NCBI GenBank assembly: GCA_965240465.1
Contig: OZ251219.1
Location: forward strand, 1,312,001 to 1,376,000
Length of the DNA stretch: 64,000 nucleotides
From: a bacterium
Lineage (GTDB): Bacteria > SAR324 > JACQKK01
Direction of reading: 5' to 3'
Shown: positions 8,909 through 18,798 of the stretch, piece after piece
Position numbering within the stretch: position 1 is the stretch's first letter
Layout: each line of letters opens with the position of its first letter
Position numbers and translations under genes: made by a program
The notes under the pieces: model-generated
Told to the model about the DNA's origin: nothing
Database searches by the model: none
Seen by the model: only the letters and a program-made list of their open reading frames with translations

Positions 8909-10318
8909 TTAAACATCAAAGTATAGATAGAACTCATGCGGAGAGGGGCGACTATCTATTTCATTGATTTCCCTCTTGATCTTGTCATCACAAAATACCT
9001 GAAGAAGATCTTCGGTGAAGGCTCCGCTTTGTAACAGGAATTGAGAATCCTCTTTTAAGGCTACAATAGATTCTCGCAGAGAAGTAGGCATTTTAGGTAC
9101 TTTGCTCAATTCCTCAGGAGAAATTTTATAGATGTCTTTCTCAATGGGTTCACCAGGATGGATATTATTCTGGATCCCATCTAGTCCTGCCAGCATCATG
9201 GCTGAGAACGCCAAATATGGATTGCTGGTGGCATCTGGTACCCTGAATTCTATCCGACATGTCTCGGGCGATTGAAAAACAGGCACGCGGATAGATACCG
9301 AACGATTACGGCTGGAATAAGCTAAGTTAATAGGGGCCTCAAAGCCGGGTATCAGGCGACGATAAGAATTAGTAGATGGATTAGTAAAGGCTGCCAAAGC
9401 ACGAGCATGCTTTAAGATACCTCCGATATAATACAAGGCTAATTTGCTTAATCCCGCATATTGATCGCCAGCAAAGATAGGTTTTTTGCCTTTCCATAAG
9501 CTCTGGTTGGTGTGCAGACCGCTACCATTATCGTTGTAGAGCGGCTTGGGCATGAAAGTAGCCACCTTGCCATGTTGACGGGCTATATTACGCACTATGT
9601 ACTTGTACCAACATAGATTATCAGCAGTTTTCAATAGGGTATCGTAAGTAAAGCTAATCTCATGCTGGGCAGGGGCTACTTCGTGATGGGAACATTCAAC
9701 GCTGATACCGATCTTCTCCATTGCCAAGCTCATCTCATTGCGAATGCCTTGGCAGGTGTCCCCAGGTTTTGCCCGAAGATAACCCTCCTTAGCACGTGTC
9801 TTATAACCCGTATTCCCTTCTGGCTTGGCACTAGACCAATACCCCTCCTCCGATTCCAGATTGTAAGAGCTACCCCCAGTGCCATCGGTGAAAGTAACCC
9901 TATCAAATATGAAAAATTCTGGCTCAGGAGCAAAATACGCGGTGTCAGCTATTCCAGTGGACTTTAAATACTCAGTCGCCTTAAGAGCTACATTGCGAGG
10001 ATCGCGAGAATAGCTCTCGTTAGACCCAGGATCCCTGATGTTACAAATCAACGAAAGAGTGGTACAATCAAAAAACGGGTCCAGCTTAGCGGTGGATGTA
10101 TCGGGGAGCATCAGCATATCGCTGGCTTCAATCCCTTGCCAACCCCGAATGCTGGAAGCATCAAAGGGAATCCCTACCTCAAATTGCTCTGCCTTCAGTT
10201 TATCGGGAGTAATCTGTAAGTGATTCCAAGCACCAACCAAATCACAGAACCTCAGGTCAATAATCTTCACCTGATGATCCTTCACCATCTTTAAGATATC
10301 CGTGGGAGCTCTCACCAT
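8909..10318 (-). CDS. glnA: Glutamine synthetase type I
   Basis: FDASSIRGW, HHEVA, ATFMPKP, NGSGLHTNQS, RRLIPGFEAP, RIEFRVPD. Confidence 0.97.
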   Translation of the reverse strand: MVRAPTDILKMVKDHQVKIIDLRFCDLVGAWNHLQITPDKLKAEQFEVGIPFDASSIRGWQGIEASDMLMLPDTSTAKLDPFFDCTTLSLICNIRDPGSNESYSRDPRNVALKATEYLKSTGIADTAYFAPEPEFFIFDRVTFTDGTGGSSYNLESEEGYWSSAKPEGNTGYKTRAKEGYLRAKPGDTCQGIRNEMSLAMEKIGISVECSHHEVAPAQHEISFTYDTLLKTADNLCWYKYIVRNIARQHGKVATFMPKPLYNDNGSGLHTNQSLWKGKKPIFAGDQYAGLSKLALYYIGGILKHARALAAFTNPSTNSYRRLIPGFEAPINLAYSSRNRSVSIRVPVFQSPETCRIEFRVPDATSNPYLAFSAMMLAGLDGIQNNIHPGEPIEKDIYKISPEELSKVPKMPTSLRESIVALKEDSQFLLQSGAFTEDLLQVFCDDKIKREINEIDSRPSPHEFYLYFDV

Positions 10319-10357
10319 TTTCCCTTTCTATGATCCATGGAAATTATATTAAGCTAA

Positions 10358-11860
10358 TTACAACAAGGCTCGGGGCATTATTTTTTCCATAGCAGGATAT
10401 TTTTTTGCAAACTGGCGGGCTACTCTTGCAAACTCTCGGGCTTGTTCGGGGGCTAATGCCAGCCAGCGATCCTTATCTTCCATGATTTCCTCCACCTCTG
10501 CTTTAGAAAGGGGAAAGCGATCATCCTCGCCTAGTCGCTCAACAAAAGAAGCCTGCTTACCCTCTTTGGCGGTAGCCAGGGCATGTTGTTTGATTAGCTC
10601 ATGCATTGTTTCTCTGCCCCCACCACGTTTGACGGCTTCCGTCAATAGAGTACTGCTAGACATCATGGGAAGCTCCCGCTGAAATTCTTGCCCGATGGCT
10701 TCTTCATTAAAACTCATCTCGTCTAGCACGGTGAGAACAGTCTCCAACAAACCATCAGCCGCCAAACACAAACCCGGCAAAGCCACCCGCCTCACCACCG
10801 AGCAAGATACATCACCTTCATTCCATTGGTCTCCCGCTAGGCGAGTACACATTGCCAGATAACCACTGAGTACGGCATGCAAACCACAAATACGCTCACA
10901 ACTACGGGCATTCATCTTGTGGGGCATGGCTGTTGAGCCCACTTGTTCCTTCTTAAAGCCTTCCAACCAGAGTCCCTCTCCTGCCATCAGGCGAAAAGTA
11001 GTAGCTAATGATGCTAAGGGGGCAGTAAGATTATAGACTAAGGAAGCAAATTCAAAGTCTAGCCCTCGGGGATAGACTTGCCCCACATTATTAAGAACAT
11101 AGCGAAATGATAGTTTTTTAGCTATGTATGCTTCTAGTTCTTTAACATCCTCTTTTCCCTTAGGTAATAGGGAGATCAGATCCAAGCTAGTACCAGAAGC
11201 CCCCTTGATGCCCCGCATGGGGTATGTGCTATGCCATCCTAGTAGTTTTTCACATGCTCGTAGTAGTGGTTCTCCAAAGGATGCCAAGCGTTTGCCTACT
11301 GAGGAGGGCTGGGAAGGCACATTGTGGGTACGGGCTATTAAGGGGGTTTGGGCATGGCGTTCGCTCAAATTTGATAATTGTTCCAGCACTGCTACGGTTT
11401 TATTTACTAGTATGCCAGCAGACCATCTTAGTAGCACCTGTTCTGTATTATCGGTGATGTCACGGCTGGTTAACCCTAAGTGAATTTTTTGATGACCTGC
11501 CAATTCACAAAATACTTCTATCCGAGCCTTTAGATCATGGCGTAAGCGGAATTCACGCTCTTTAATGGATTCTAATGAAATCTCGTCTAATACCTTCTTA
11601 CAGGCATCTATTTCTCCTTGGGTAATGTTCACTCCCAGTTCCTTCTGGGCTTCCATGATAATAATCCAAAGCTCACGCTCCAGTCGGACGCGGAATCTTG
11701 GAGTCCACAGCATTATCATGTTTGGACTAGCATAGCGACTAGCTAAGACATCAGGTACATCACCCCAGAATGCCATATCTTTGGGTCCTTTACCTTCGGG
11801 TCTTTCACCCTCGGATCTTTCATCTTCTGGTCTTTTACCTGAGGAAGATGGAGTATTCAC
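10358..11860 (-). CDS. purB: Adenylosuccinate lyase
   Basis: GSTAMPHKMN signature, RHDLKAR, HLGLTSRD, ARTH; start uncertain (low-complexity N-terminus). Confidence 0.93.
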   Translation of the reverse strand: MNTPSSSGKRPEDERSEGERPEGKGPKDMAFWGDVPDVLASRYASPNMIMLWTPRFRVRLERELWIIIMEAQKELGVNITQGEIDACKKVLDEISLESIKEREFRLRHDLKARIEVFCELAGHQKIHLGLTSRDITDNTEQVLLRWSAGILVNKTVAVLEQLSNLSERHAQTPLIARTHNVPSQPSSVGKRLASFGEPLLRACEKLLGWHSTYPMRGIKGASGTSLDLISLLPKGKEDVKELEAYIAKKLSFRYVLNNVGQVYPRGLDFEFASLVYNLTAPLASLATTFRLMAGEGLWLEGFKKEQVGSTAMPHKMNARSCERICGLHAVLSGYLAMCTRLAGDQWNEGDVSCSVVRRVALPGLCLAADGLLETVLTVLDEMSFNEEAIGQEFQRELPMMSSSTLLTEAVKRGGGRETMHELIKQHALATAKEGKQASFVERLGEDDRFPLSKAEVEEIMEDKDRWLALAPEQAREFARVARQFAKKYPAMEKIMPRALL

Positions 11861-11891
11861 AGGTAGGGTAGAGCGGGGGGGGGGCGGGGGG

Positions 11892-13070
11892 TTATGATTT
11901 ATGAAAATTGGAGAAGAAGTTTTCCAATCGTTCCAGGGATTTTTTGATGTTTTCTAGAGAATTAGCGTAGCTGATTCGTAGATAGCCCTCTCCGCCAGGG
12001 CCGAAGTCTACCCCTGGTGAGAGTACCACCCCAGTTTTGTTCATGATTTGTCGTGCGAGGGCGAGGGAGTCTAGACCATATTTTTTGACATTAACCAGCA
12101 CATAGAATGCACCTTGGGGGGTATAGTTTAGTTTCAGTCCGATTTTTGGCAGTTCTTTTAGGAGGTATCGGCGGCGATTATCATATTCTTGGCGATATTT
12201 TTCACAGATGGGGATTGTTTCTCTTATGGCAGCGATGCCAGCGTGCTGTACGAAGTCGGAGGCACATACTACCACATTTTGGTGTATTCGCATGAGCATA
12301 TCGGCGGTATGGGGCGGGCAGATGAGGTATCCGAGTCGCCAGCCTGTCATGCTGAAGTATTTGGAGAAGCCACTGAGGACGAAGCAATTATCTTGGGAGT
12401 ATTCAAGGACGCTGGTGACAGGTTCTTCATAGGATAATCCGTGGTAGATTTCATCTGCGATAAGGGCGATGTTGGCATCTTTGGCGAGCGAGGTTATTTG
12501 CCGTATATTTTCTTTGGGTATGACGACCCCAGTGGGGTTACCTGGGGAGCAGATGATAATTGCCTTAGTACGCGGAGTGATTGCTTGTCGCAATCTTTCG
12601 GTTGAGAGTACAAATCCTTCTTCTTCTAGGACGGGTACGAGTACTGGTTTGCCTCCTGCGATGCGTACATAGTTGGCGTAGCAGGTATAGGAGGGATTAG
12701 ATATGATTACTTCATCATCGGGTTCTAGTAATGAGTTAACTACCGAGTGAAGTAGAATGGAGCTTCCTGAGGATACGATCACGCAATCGGGAGAGATTTT
12801 CACTTTATGCATGTTGTAGTAGTGATTGCAGATGGCTTCGCGCAGTTCCAGTATTCCCATGCTGTGGGTGTAGCGGGTGAGTCCTTTTTGAATGGCGTTG
12901 ATACCGGCCTTGACGGTAGGAGCTGGGGTCGGGAAATCTGGTTCTCCGATTTCCAGATGAAAGATTTCTCTGCCGTCTCTTACTAGTTGCAGGGCTTCTT
13001 GGAATATATCTATGGCGAGAAAGGGTGTAACTCCCTGTATGCGACTAGAAAGCTGGATTGATTTGGGCAT
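11892..13070 (-). CDS. PLP-dependent aminotransferase class I (aspartate aminotransferase-like)
   Basis: GEPDF, SPGNPTG, DEIY, SKYFSMTGWRLG. Confidence 0.93.
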   Translation of the reverse strand: MPKSIQLSSRIQGVTPFLAIDIFQEALQLVRDGREIFHLEIGEPDFPTPAPTVKAGINAIQKGLTRYTHSMGILELREAICNHYYNMHKVKISPDCVIVSSGSSILLHSVVNSLLEPDDEVIISNPSYTCYANYVRIAGGKPVLVPVLEEEGFVLSTERLRQAITPRTKAIIICSPGNPTGVVIPKENIRQITSLAKDANIALIADEIYHGLSYEEPVTSVLEYSQDNCFVLSGFSKYFSMTGWRLGYLICPPHTADMLMRIHQNVVVCASDFVQHAGIAAIRETIPICEKYRQEYDNRRRYLLKELPKIGLKLNYTPQGAFYVLVNVKKYGLDSLALARQIMNKTGVVLSPGVDFGPGGEGYLRISYANSLENIKKSLERLENFFSNFHKS

Positions 13071-13172
13071 GATTACTGGTTATGAGGTATCAACAGGCAA
13101 GAAAGTTCACAGAAAGCACTTTTAACATTCAAAGTACTAGATAGCCATCGTATTTATTATTTACTGAGCATG

Positions 13173-13877
13173 TCAATAGCAGTTTTTGTTTGCAGTTGTC
13201 ATTGTTGTGGCACATGCCGAGCGATATGCCAAGCATTTCGCCCATTTTTGTTGGACGGTTGCTTTTAGGGTGAGGATGTTTAGGCTATTATCCAGAACAT
13301 AGGATTTTTCAGGTAGTTTAGGGGGAGTTTGACAGAGCATGCGTTTTCGGGTGTCTTGGGGATTGCGGCCTTGTTGTATGGCGCGTTGGAGGGCGATTTT
13401 TGGGGGAGCAGAAACTACCCAGACGAGATCGCACAGATTTTCCCAGCCAGCTTCTAGCAAGAGGGCGGCTTCAATGACGACTGGAGTGACAGCTGGGGTG
13501 ACAGCTGGGGTGACAGCTGGGGTGACAGCTGGTTTGAGTTTGGTGGTTTGTAGCTGGATGAGGTGCTTTTTTAGGGTTTGTTTTATGCGGGGATGAGAAA
13601 TAGCGTTCAGCTTGTCAGTTTGTTGAGGACTAGAAAAAGCTAATTTTGCCAATTTGGTCCGATTGATTCCTCCTTTTCCGTCGCTTATTTTACTGCCGAA
13701 TGTTTTTATAATTTCTGCGATGACTGCATCGGATTTGAGTACTTGATGTCCGAGCAGGTCGGTTTCAATGAGGTAGACGCCTTTAGTTTGGAGTATTTTA
13801 GCGACGGTGCTTTTACCGCTGCTTATGCTACCGGTCAGTCCTAGTATCAGCAAGGGAGGATATTTCAGTTTATCCAT
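13173..13877 (-). CDS. coaE: Dephospho-CoA kinase
   Basis: GLTGSISSGKST, LNAISHPRI, EAALLLEAGW; contains an in-frame (PAVT)n insertion. Confidence 0.92.
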   Translation of the reverse strand: MDKLKYPPLLILGLTGSISSGKSTVAKILQTKGVYLIETDLLGHQVLKSDAVIAEIIKTFGSKISDGKGGINRTKLAKLAFSSPQQTDKLNAISHPRIKQTLKKHLIQLQTTKLKPAVTPAVTPAVTPAVTPVVIEAALLLEAGWENLCDLVWVVSAPPKIALQRAIQQGRNPQDTRKRMLCQTPPKLPEKSYVLDNSLNILTLKATVQQKWAKCLAYRSACATTMTTANKNCY

Positions 13878-14047
13878 TTTGGGAGGCGTGGAAGGAGGTG
13901 AAGAAATAGGGGAAAGTCACTAGATTTTGCATTTTTAATGAGATGTCGCTGGTTTCATTTTTGCTCTTATGAGCCAATTATGCCAGCATACTGGTGGAAG
14001 GTTTCTTAGAGTTAGTGAGTTTATTCACATAAAGCGGGCGTGATTAT

Positions 14048-15385
14048 ATGTTGGATAGCTGGGATTTACTGGTATTGGGGGCGGGTTCGGGTGGTGTTAG
14101 GGCGGCTCGCAGGGCGGCGGCACTAGGAGTAAAAACAGCCATTTGTGAAGGTAGTCATTTGGGGGGGACTTGTGTGAATTTGGGTTGTGTTCCCAAGAAG
14201 TTGTTTGTGTATGGAAGCCAGTTCTCCAGGGATTTAGTGGATGCCAAGGGTTATGGTTGGCAAGTTTCGGATATACGCTTCAGTTGGACTGACTTGGTTA
14301 GCAACAAGAACAAGGAGATTGAACGCTTAAACGGCATTTATCATGAGTTACTCAATTCTGCGGGGGTTTGCCTCTTAAGGGGAAAGGGAAAGCTGATAAG
14401 TCCCACTGAGGTAGAGATAGCGGGTACCGTTCATGTTGCTAAGCATATCTTATTAGCGACTGGTAGCAGTCCTTTTTTGCCCGATATTCCAGGGATAGAA
14501 CACGCGGTTTCTTCAGATGACATGTTCCATCTGCCAAGTCTTCCCAGCGAGGCAATAGTGGTGGGAGGAGGGTATATCGGGGTGGAGTTCGCCTGCATTT
14601 TACACGGATTGGGAGTCAAGGTCACCGTTGTTCATCGCCGCGAACGCTTGCTGCCACTATTTGATGAAGAAATCAGCAATGCCCTCTGCGAAGAAATGCA
14701 AAACCAAGGCATTAAATTGATACTAGGGCAAAACCTACAGCAAATTGAAAAATTAGATTCAGGCCAGCTACAAGCTAGTTTGAGCTCTAAACAGCAACTT
14801 TCCACGGGATTGTTGCTATTTGCGGTCGGCAGAAAGCCAAATGTAGCTGGCTTGGGACTTGACAAAGTTGGCGTACAACTGAGCTCAGAAGGAGGCGTTA
14901 TAGTGAATGAAGAATTTTGTAGTTCTGTGTGCTCTATCTCGGCTCTGGGCGATCTGATTGAACGCGTGCCACTTACTCCAGTAGCCATTGCCGAAGCGGA
15001 AGCTTTTGTCAGTACTCGTTATGGAGGTAAGCCAGTAAAAATGGATTATAGTAACATTCCCTCTGCGGTGTTTAGTCAGCCTGCTATCGCTAGTGTAGGA
15101 CTGACCGAAAGCCAAGCTCGCTCCAGATTAGGTAAGGTGAAGGTATTCACCACCCGCTTTAATGCCATGAAGCAAACCCTAACCTCCAGAAAAGAACCCG
15201 TACTATTCAAACTGATAGTCAACCCCGCCGATGATAAAGTGGTCGGTTGCCACCTCCTCTCCCCAGACGCAGCAGAACTAATCCAAATACTGGGCGTAGC
15301 ACTTAAAAGCGGAGCCACCAAAAAGGACTTCGATGCCACCATCGCAGTCCATCCTACCGCAGCAGAAGAATTGGTCTCGCTATAA
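14048..15385 (+). CDS. gor: Glutathione-disulfide reductase
   Basis: GAGSGG, GGTCVNLGCVPKK, GGGYIGVE, HPTAAEE. Confidence 0.95.
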   Translation: MLDSWDLLVLGAGSGGVRAARRAAALGVKTAICEGSHLGGTCVNLGCVPKKLFVYGSQFSRDLVDAKGYGWQVSDIRFSWTDLVSNKNKEIERLNGIYHELLNSAGVCLLRGKGKLISPTEVEIAGTVHVAKHILLATGSSPFLPDIPGIEHAVSSDDMFHLPSLPSEAIVVGGGYIGVEFACILHGLGVKVTVVHRRERLLPLFDEEISNALCEEMQNQGIKLILGQNLQQIEKLDSGQLQASLSSKQQLSTGLLLFAVGRKPNVAGLGLDKVGVQLSSEGGVIVNEEFCSSVCSISALGDLIERVPLTPVAIAEAEAFVSTRYGGKPVKMDYSNIPSAVFSQPAIASVGLTESQARSRLGKVKVFTTRFNAMKQTLTSRKEPVLFKLIVNPADDKVVGCHLLSPDAAELIQILGVALKSGATKKDFDATIAVHPTAAEELVSL

Positions 15386-15411
15386 ACAACCAAGGCCTTA
15401 TTCGTCAAGAT

Positions 15412-15800
15412 CTTATTTGCCAGCTTTTATTTGTCAGCCTTATTTGCCAGCTTTTGTTTGTCAGCCTTAGATGCCAGCTTTTATTTGTCAGCCTTATTTG
15501 CCAGCTTTTATTTGTCAGCCTTATTTGCCAGCTTTTGTTTGTCAGCCTTATTTGCCAGCTTTTATTTGTCAGCTTTTGTTTGTCAGCCTTAGATGCCAGC
15601 TTTTATTTGTCAGCCTTATTTGCCAGCTTTTATTTGTCAGCCTTATTTGCCAGCTTTTGTTTGTCAGCCTTAGATGCCAGCTTTTGTTTGTCAGCCTTAG
15701 ATGCCAGCTTTTGTTTGTCAGCCTTATTTGTCAGAACTTGTTTGTCAGCCTTATTTGTCAGAACTTGTTTGTCAGCCTTATTTGCCAGCTTTTGTTTGTC
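15412..15800. repeat. 27-bp tandem repeat (~14 units, no spacers)
   Basis: Unit cttatttgccagcttttRtttgtcagc with cttagatg and gtcagaacttg variants. Confidence 0.95.
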
Positions 15801-16067
15801 TCGCAAATGATCGCTGCTGGATTTTATTCTTCTTCTGAGCTTCTTACGGCTAATTTTGTAAAACCTTTCCAGACTGTCAGCAAATTTATCTTCAATTGTT
15901 TGAATGTCTCTCTCAGTCAACATACTGCTGGGATCAGTACATACGTGCTGAAAAGACATGGTAATCGTTGAGATGCCATTCTCGGTGAATATGCAGTCAA
16001 AACCGTATGGGTGATTGCCTATCCTCAAAATATTAGTAGCAATCTGTGTGTGTTTTAATATGCTCAT
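15630..16067 (-). CDS. Hypothetical protein with C-terminal (KADKQKLAN)n tail from the 27-bp repeat
   Basis: Non-repetitive ~90-aa N-terminus reading into the repeat; no clear SD and no recognised family. Confidence 0.45.
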   Translation of the reverse strand: MSILKHTQIATNILRIGNHPYGFDCIFTENGISTITMSFQHVCTDPSSMLTERDIQTIEDKFADSLERFYKISRKKLRRRIKSSSDHLRDKQKLANKADKQVLTNKADKQVLTNKADKQKLASKADKQKLASKADKQKLANKADK

Positions 16068-16287
16068 ATCATTAACAGGAGTAAATGGGTTGTTCTAAAC
16101 ATCAGCAATCTGACACATGAGAACGTGTCATGTCAATGTGCCATAAAATACGGTTCTGAATCAAGTATTTTTAAGAATGTTTTAGAAAAGTTTTGGAAAA
16201 GTTTTGGGAAAGTTCTAGAAAAGTCTTAGAAAGTCACTTTCTTAGATCCCCCCCTCCCTAATTCTCAGCATTTAACCAATAAATAAC

Positions 16288-16316
16288 TTGACAAACGCAG
16301 CTCTTAATGATACGAT
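16288..16316 (+). promoter_or_regulatory. Sigma70 promoter with extended -10
   Basis: TTGACA-17 bp-TACGAT with TG two bases upstream of the -10; same -35/-10 hexamers as the lipoprotein promoters. Confidence 0.7.
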
Positions 16317-16381
16317 GAGGAACTTTCATAGAAGCATTGGAAGATGCCAAATAAAGCACGCCAGAGCATGAGAACATGCCA

Positions 16382-16541
16382 AAGCATTAGAACATGCAAG
16401 CATTAGAACATGCAAGCATTAGAACATGCAAGCATTAGAACATGCAAGCATTAGAACATGCAAGCATTAGAACATGCAAGCATTAGAACATGCAAGCATT
16501 AGAACATGCAAGCATTAGAACATGCAAGCATTAGAACATGC
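16382..16541. repeat. Perfect 16-bp tandem repeat x10
   Basis: (aagcattagaacatgc)10. Confidence 0.97.
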
Positions 16542-16588
16542 AATGGCATGCGATAAAGGCATGTATCACGATGAAAGAGGGTAGGAAG

Positions 16589-16706
16589 AAAGTGCCATGA
16601 GGTTCGTCACATCCGTAAGGCACTTTTATTCATGCCCGCCCTAGCATGAAGCAAGTGACGCGAAAGAGAGGAGGTTGCCACTGCACCGTAATCTCTTTTT
16701 TATAGT
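16589..16706 (+). ncRNA. Candidate structured RNA: two related stem-loops plus a possible pseudoknot
   Basis: Stems aaagtgcc/ggcacttt and aaagaga/tctcttt each close a 22-nt loop containing GAGGTT...CCGTAA. An intervening hairpin ttcatgc/gcatgaa is present, and loop-1 cgtcac is complementary to gtgacg at 16655. No family recognised. Confidence 0.4.
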
Positions 16707-16799
16707 GTATTCAATTATTTGAGTACCCAACTATTACCATGTGCTCACTTTGCACAGCAAGCAGTAGCATTCCCAGCCCTCTTTCATTCCCTACTTCCA

Positions 16800-17672
16800 A
16801 TGCTGAAAGTCAAAAAAACTCCCCAAAAACTCCAAAAACATAAGGAAACTAACACCAGCCAAAACCAGAAAAAATACGGTACATCCAAAAAACACAGTCC
16901 ATCCAAAAAACTTAAGCACCAAAGAATCCCCCTGTGGCGTGTAGAACAACTTGCACACTTGGGTATGGAATGGCAAACCATCATCGCTACCATTGACCTA
17001 AGGCGTAAAATCACTGACTTTGAGGTGAAACTCATTCAGCAACGCATCGCTAAGGCACATGCCAGAACTTATCTGAAAATGCTGAAAATCCGCCTCCAAC
17101 AAGCCTCTAAGGGTAGGCTCTCCCCCTTAAATGAACTGATAAAACAACTTAGTAAATCATCACCTGCTAACGGTGGCATCGCTCTTAAGGTGATTAGAAA
17201 TATTATTCAAAATCCGCAACCTCCCCAACTCCATCCCCCGCAGATCCATCCATCCACCTCAGCTCCCGCTCCCGCTCCCGCCCCCGCTCCCCCAACTCCA
17301 TCCCCCGCTCCCGCTCCCGCCCCCCCAACTCCATCCCCCGCTCCCGCTCCCGCCCCCGCTCCCCCAACTCCATCCCCCGCTCCCGCATCTCCATCCACTC
17401 CATCCCCCGCCCCCGCAGCTCCATCCCCCGCCCCCCCAACTCCATCCCCCGCTCCCGCCACCCCTGATGCCACCAATATATCCTCTAATCAACAGCTGGT
17501 ACCATTGGCAGAACGTCATTTCTTCAAACATCTCCCCCCGCAAGAAGCTTATCAAATATGGCTCGCTAGCCATAACGCTAGCAAACAAATAATAAAGATA
17601 AACCCATTAGCTGAACCCCCCTCCCGAGTCATCAGTACTTATTCAATCATGGCTAAAGCTCCTATCTTTTAA
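16800..17672 (+). CDS. Hypothetical protein: Lys-rich N-terminus, helical core, long Pro/Ala/Ser/Thr linker
   Basis: Long ORF, ATG at 16800 (alternative TTG 16719); (PTPSPAPAP)n tract at 17240-17460. Confidence 0.65.
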   Translation: MLKVKKTPQKLQKHKETNTSQNQKKYGTSKKHSPSKKLKHQRIPLWRVEQLAHLGMEWQTIIATIDLRRKITDFEVKLIQQRIAKAHARTYLKMLKIRLQQASKGRLSPLNELIKQLSKSSPANGGIALKVIRNIIQNPQPPQLHPPQIHPSTSAPAPAPAPAPPTPSPAPAPAPPTPSPAPAPAPAPPTPSPAPASPSTPSPAPAAPSPAPPTPSPAPATPDATNISSNQQLVPLAERHFFKHLPPQEAYQIWLASHNASKQIIKINPLAEPPSRVISTYSIMAKAPIF

Positions 17673-17746
17673 GGTCTTTTTCATGCCATGCTGACGGGCA
17701 AAACTCGCTCAGACAGAACTCGCTCAGACAACAGGAATAGGAAGCC

Positions 17747-18574
17747 GTGGTTTATAATCCATTACAAGTAGAATTGCCTCAGTTTGAAGGTCCGCTGGAC
17801 TTGTTGCTCCATTTGGTACGCAAGCGGGAATTAGACATAGATACTTTGTACCTCAGCGAGCTAACCGAGCCATATCTGGAGTGGATAAAGGGGATGAAGG
17901 TTAGCGAGTTGGATTTGAATGGGGAGTTTTTGGTAATTGCGGCTACCTTGATTTGGATTAAGTCGCGTTCATTGTTGCCTAGGGTTATGACCAGCGATGA
18001 TGAGGGTGATGAAGTGGATGTCGCTGAGATGGAAGCTTTATTGATGAATCGTTTGCAGGTGTACAAGAAGATTCAGAATGTAGCTCAGCAGTTAAAGTTT
18101 CACCAGCGTTTAGATCGCGAGGTATTTGCTCGTATTCCAGCTATGGATGATAAAGAAGAGGAGCAAGGGCAGGAGCAGGGGCAGGAGCAGGGGCAGGAGA
18201 TAGAGGTATCGCTGTATAGTTTATTGGAGGCTTTCAGTAGGGTTCAGGAGAGATTAAGGAATGATGAGCCATGGCAGATTGAGCCAGACGACTTTAACCT
18301 TGAGGATGTTTTGGATGGTATTTGGAAGACCTTGAAGCAGGAGAAGAGGGTATTATTCGGACGATTATTTCGGACTAGTACCAGTCGTTTTGAGATAGTG
18401 ACCATTTTTATTTTATTATTGGAGTTGGCGAGGCTGGGAGCCTTGCATTTTGTGCAGGAAGATCCTGGTAAGGAGTTGCTGTGCCAGTTGCTAGTGCCTG
18501 AGAATCAGCCCCATGAAGGATTTTTCAACCAGCTACTAACCTCCCCGAGCTTAAGTAGTGCTATAAGTAGTTAA
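17747..18574 (+). CDS. scpA: Segregation and condensation protein A
   Basis: FEGPLDLLLHLV, EFLVIAATLIWIKSRSLLP, FILLLEL. Confidence 0.93.
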   Translation: MVYNPLQVELPQFEGPLDLLLHLVRKRELDIDTLYLSELTEPYLEWIKGMKVSELDLNGEFLVIAATLIWIKSRSLLPRVMTSDDEGDEVDVAEMEALLMNRLQVYKKIQNVAQQLKFHQRLDREVFARIPAMDDKEEEQGQEQGQEQGQEIEVSLYSLLEAFSRVQERLRNDEPWQIEPDDFNLEDVLDGIWKTLKQEKRVLFGRLFRTSTSRFEIVTIFILLLELARLGALHFVQEDPGKELLCQLLVPENQPHEGFFNQLLTSPSLSSAISS

Positions 18575-18633
18575 GTGGGATACTATGATGGGCGACATTT
18601 ACATGCAGAGGTATCTCGCTTTGTGCTTGCACC

Positions 18634-18760
18634 TGGGCATTGGCATTTGGGCATTGGCATTTGGGCATTGGCATTTGGGCATGGAATTTAGGCATTGGCA
18701 TTTAGGCAGTATTTTTAGGCACTGGCAGGCAGTATTTTTAGGCACTGGCATTTAGGCATG
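18634..18760. repeat. Degenerate 14-bp tandem repeat
   Basis: tgggcattggcatt and ggcagtatttttaggcact units. Confidence 0.85.
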
Positions 18761-18798
18761 GTACGACATCACGAGCTCCCTAGCTTATAAGAGGAAGA

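Noticed and set aside
15412-15800. 27-bp array as a CRISPR array
   Set aside because: Units are head-to-tail with no unique spacers, and no cas genes are seen.
15454-15971. Plus-strand ORFs (LFVSLICQL)n
   Set aside because: Alternative-frame translations of the 27-bp repeat.
16382-16541. 16-bp repeats as plasmid iterons or CRISPR
   Set aside because: No spacers, no rep gene, and a chromosomal housekeeping context.
16589-16706. Assignment to fluoride, preQ1, purine or guanidine-III riboswitch
   Set aside because: Only short motif resemblances (ATGAGGTTCG, CCGTAA); the required pairings and conserved cores are not satisfied, so it is left unassigned.
17203-17588. Gly-rich minus-strand ORFs
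   Set aside because: Antisense of the Pro-rich linker of the 16800 gene.
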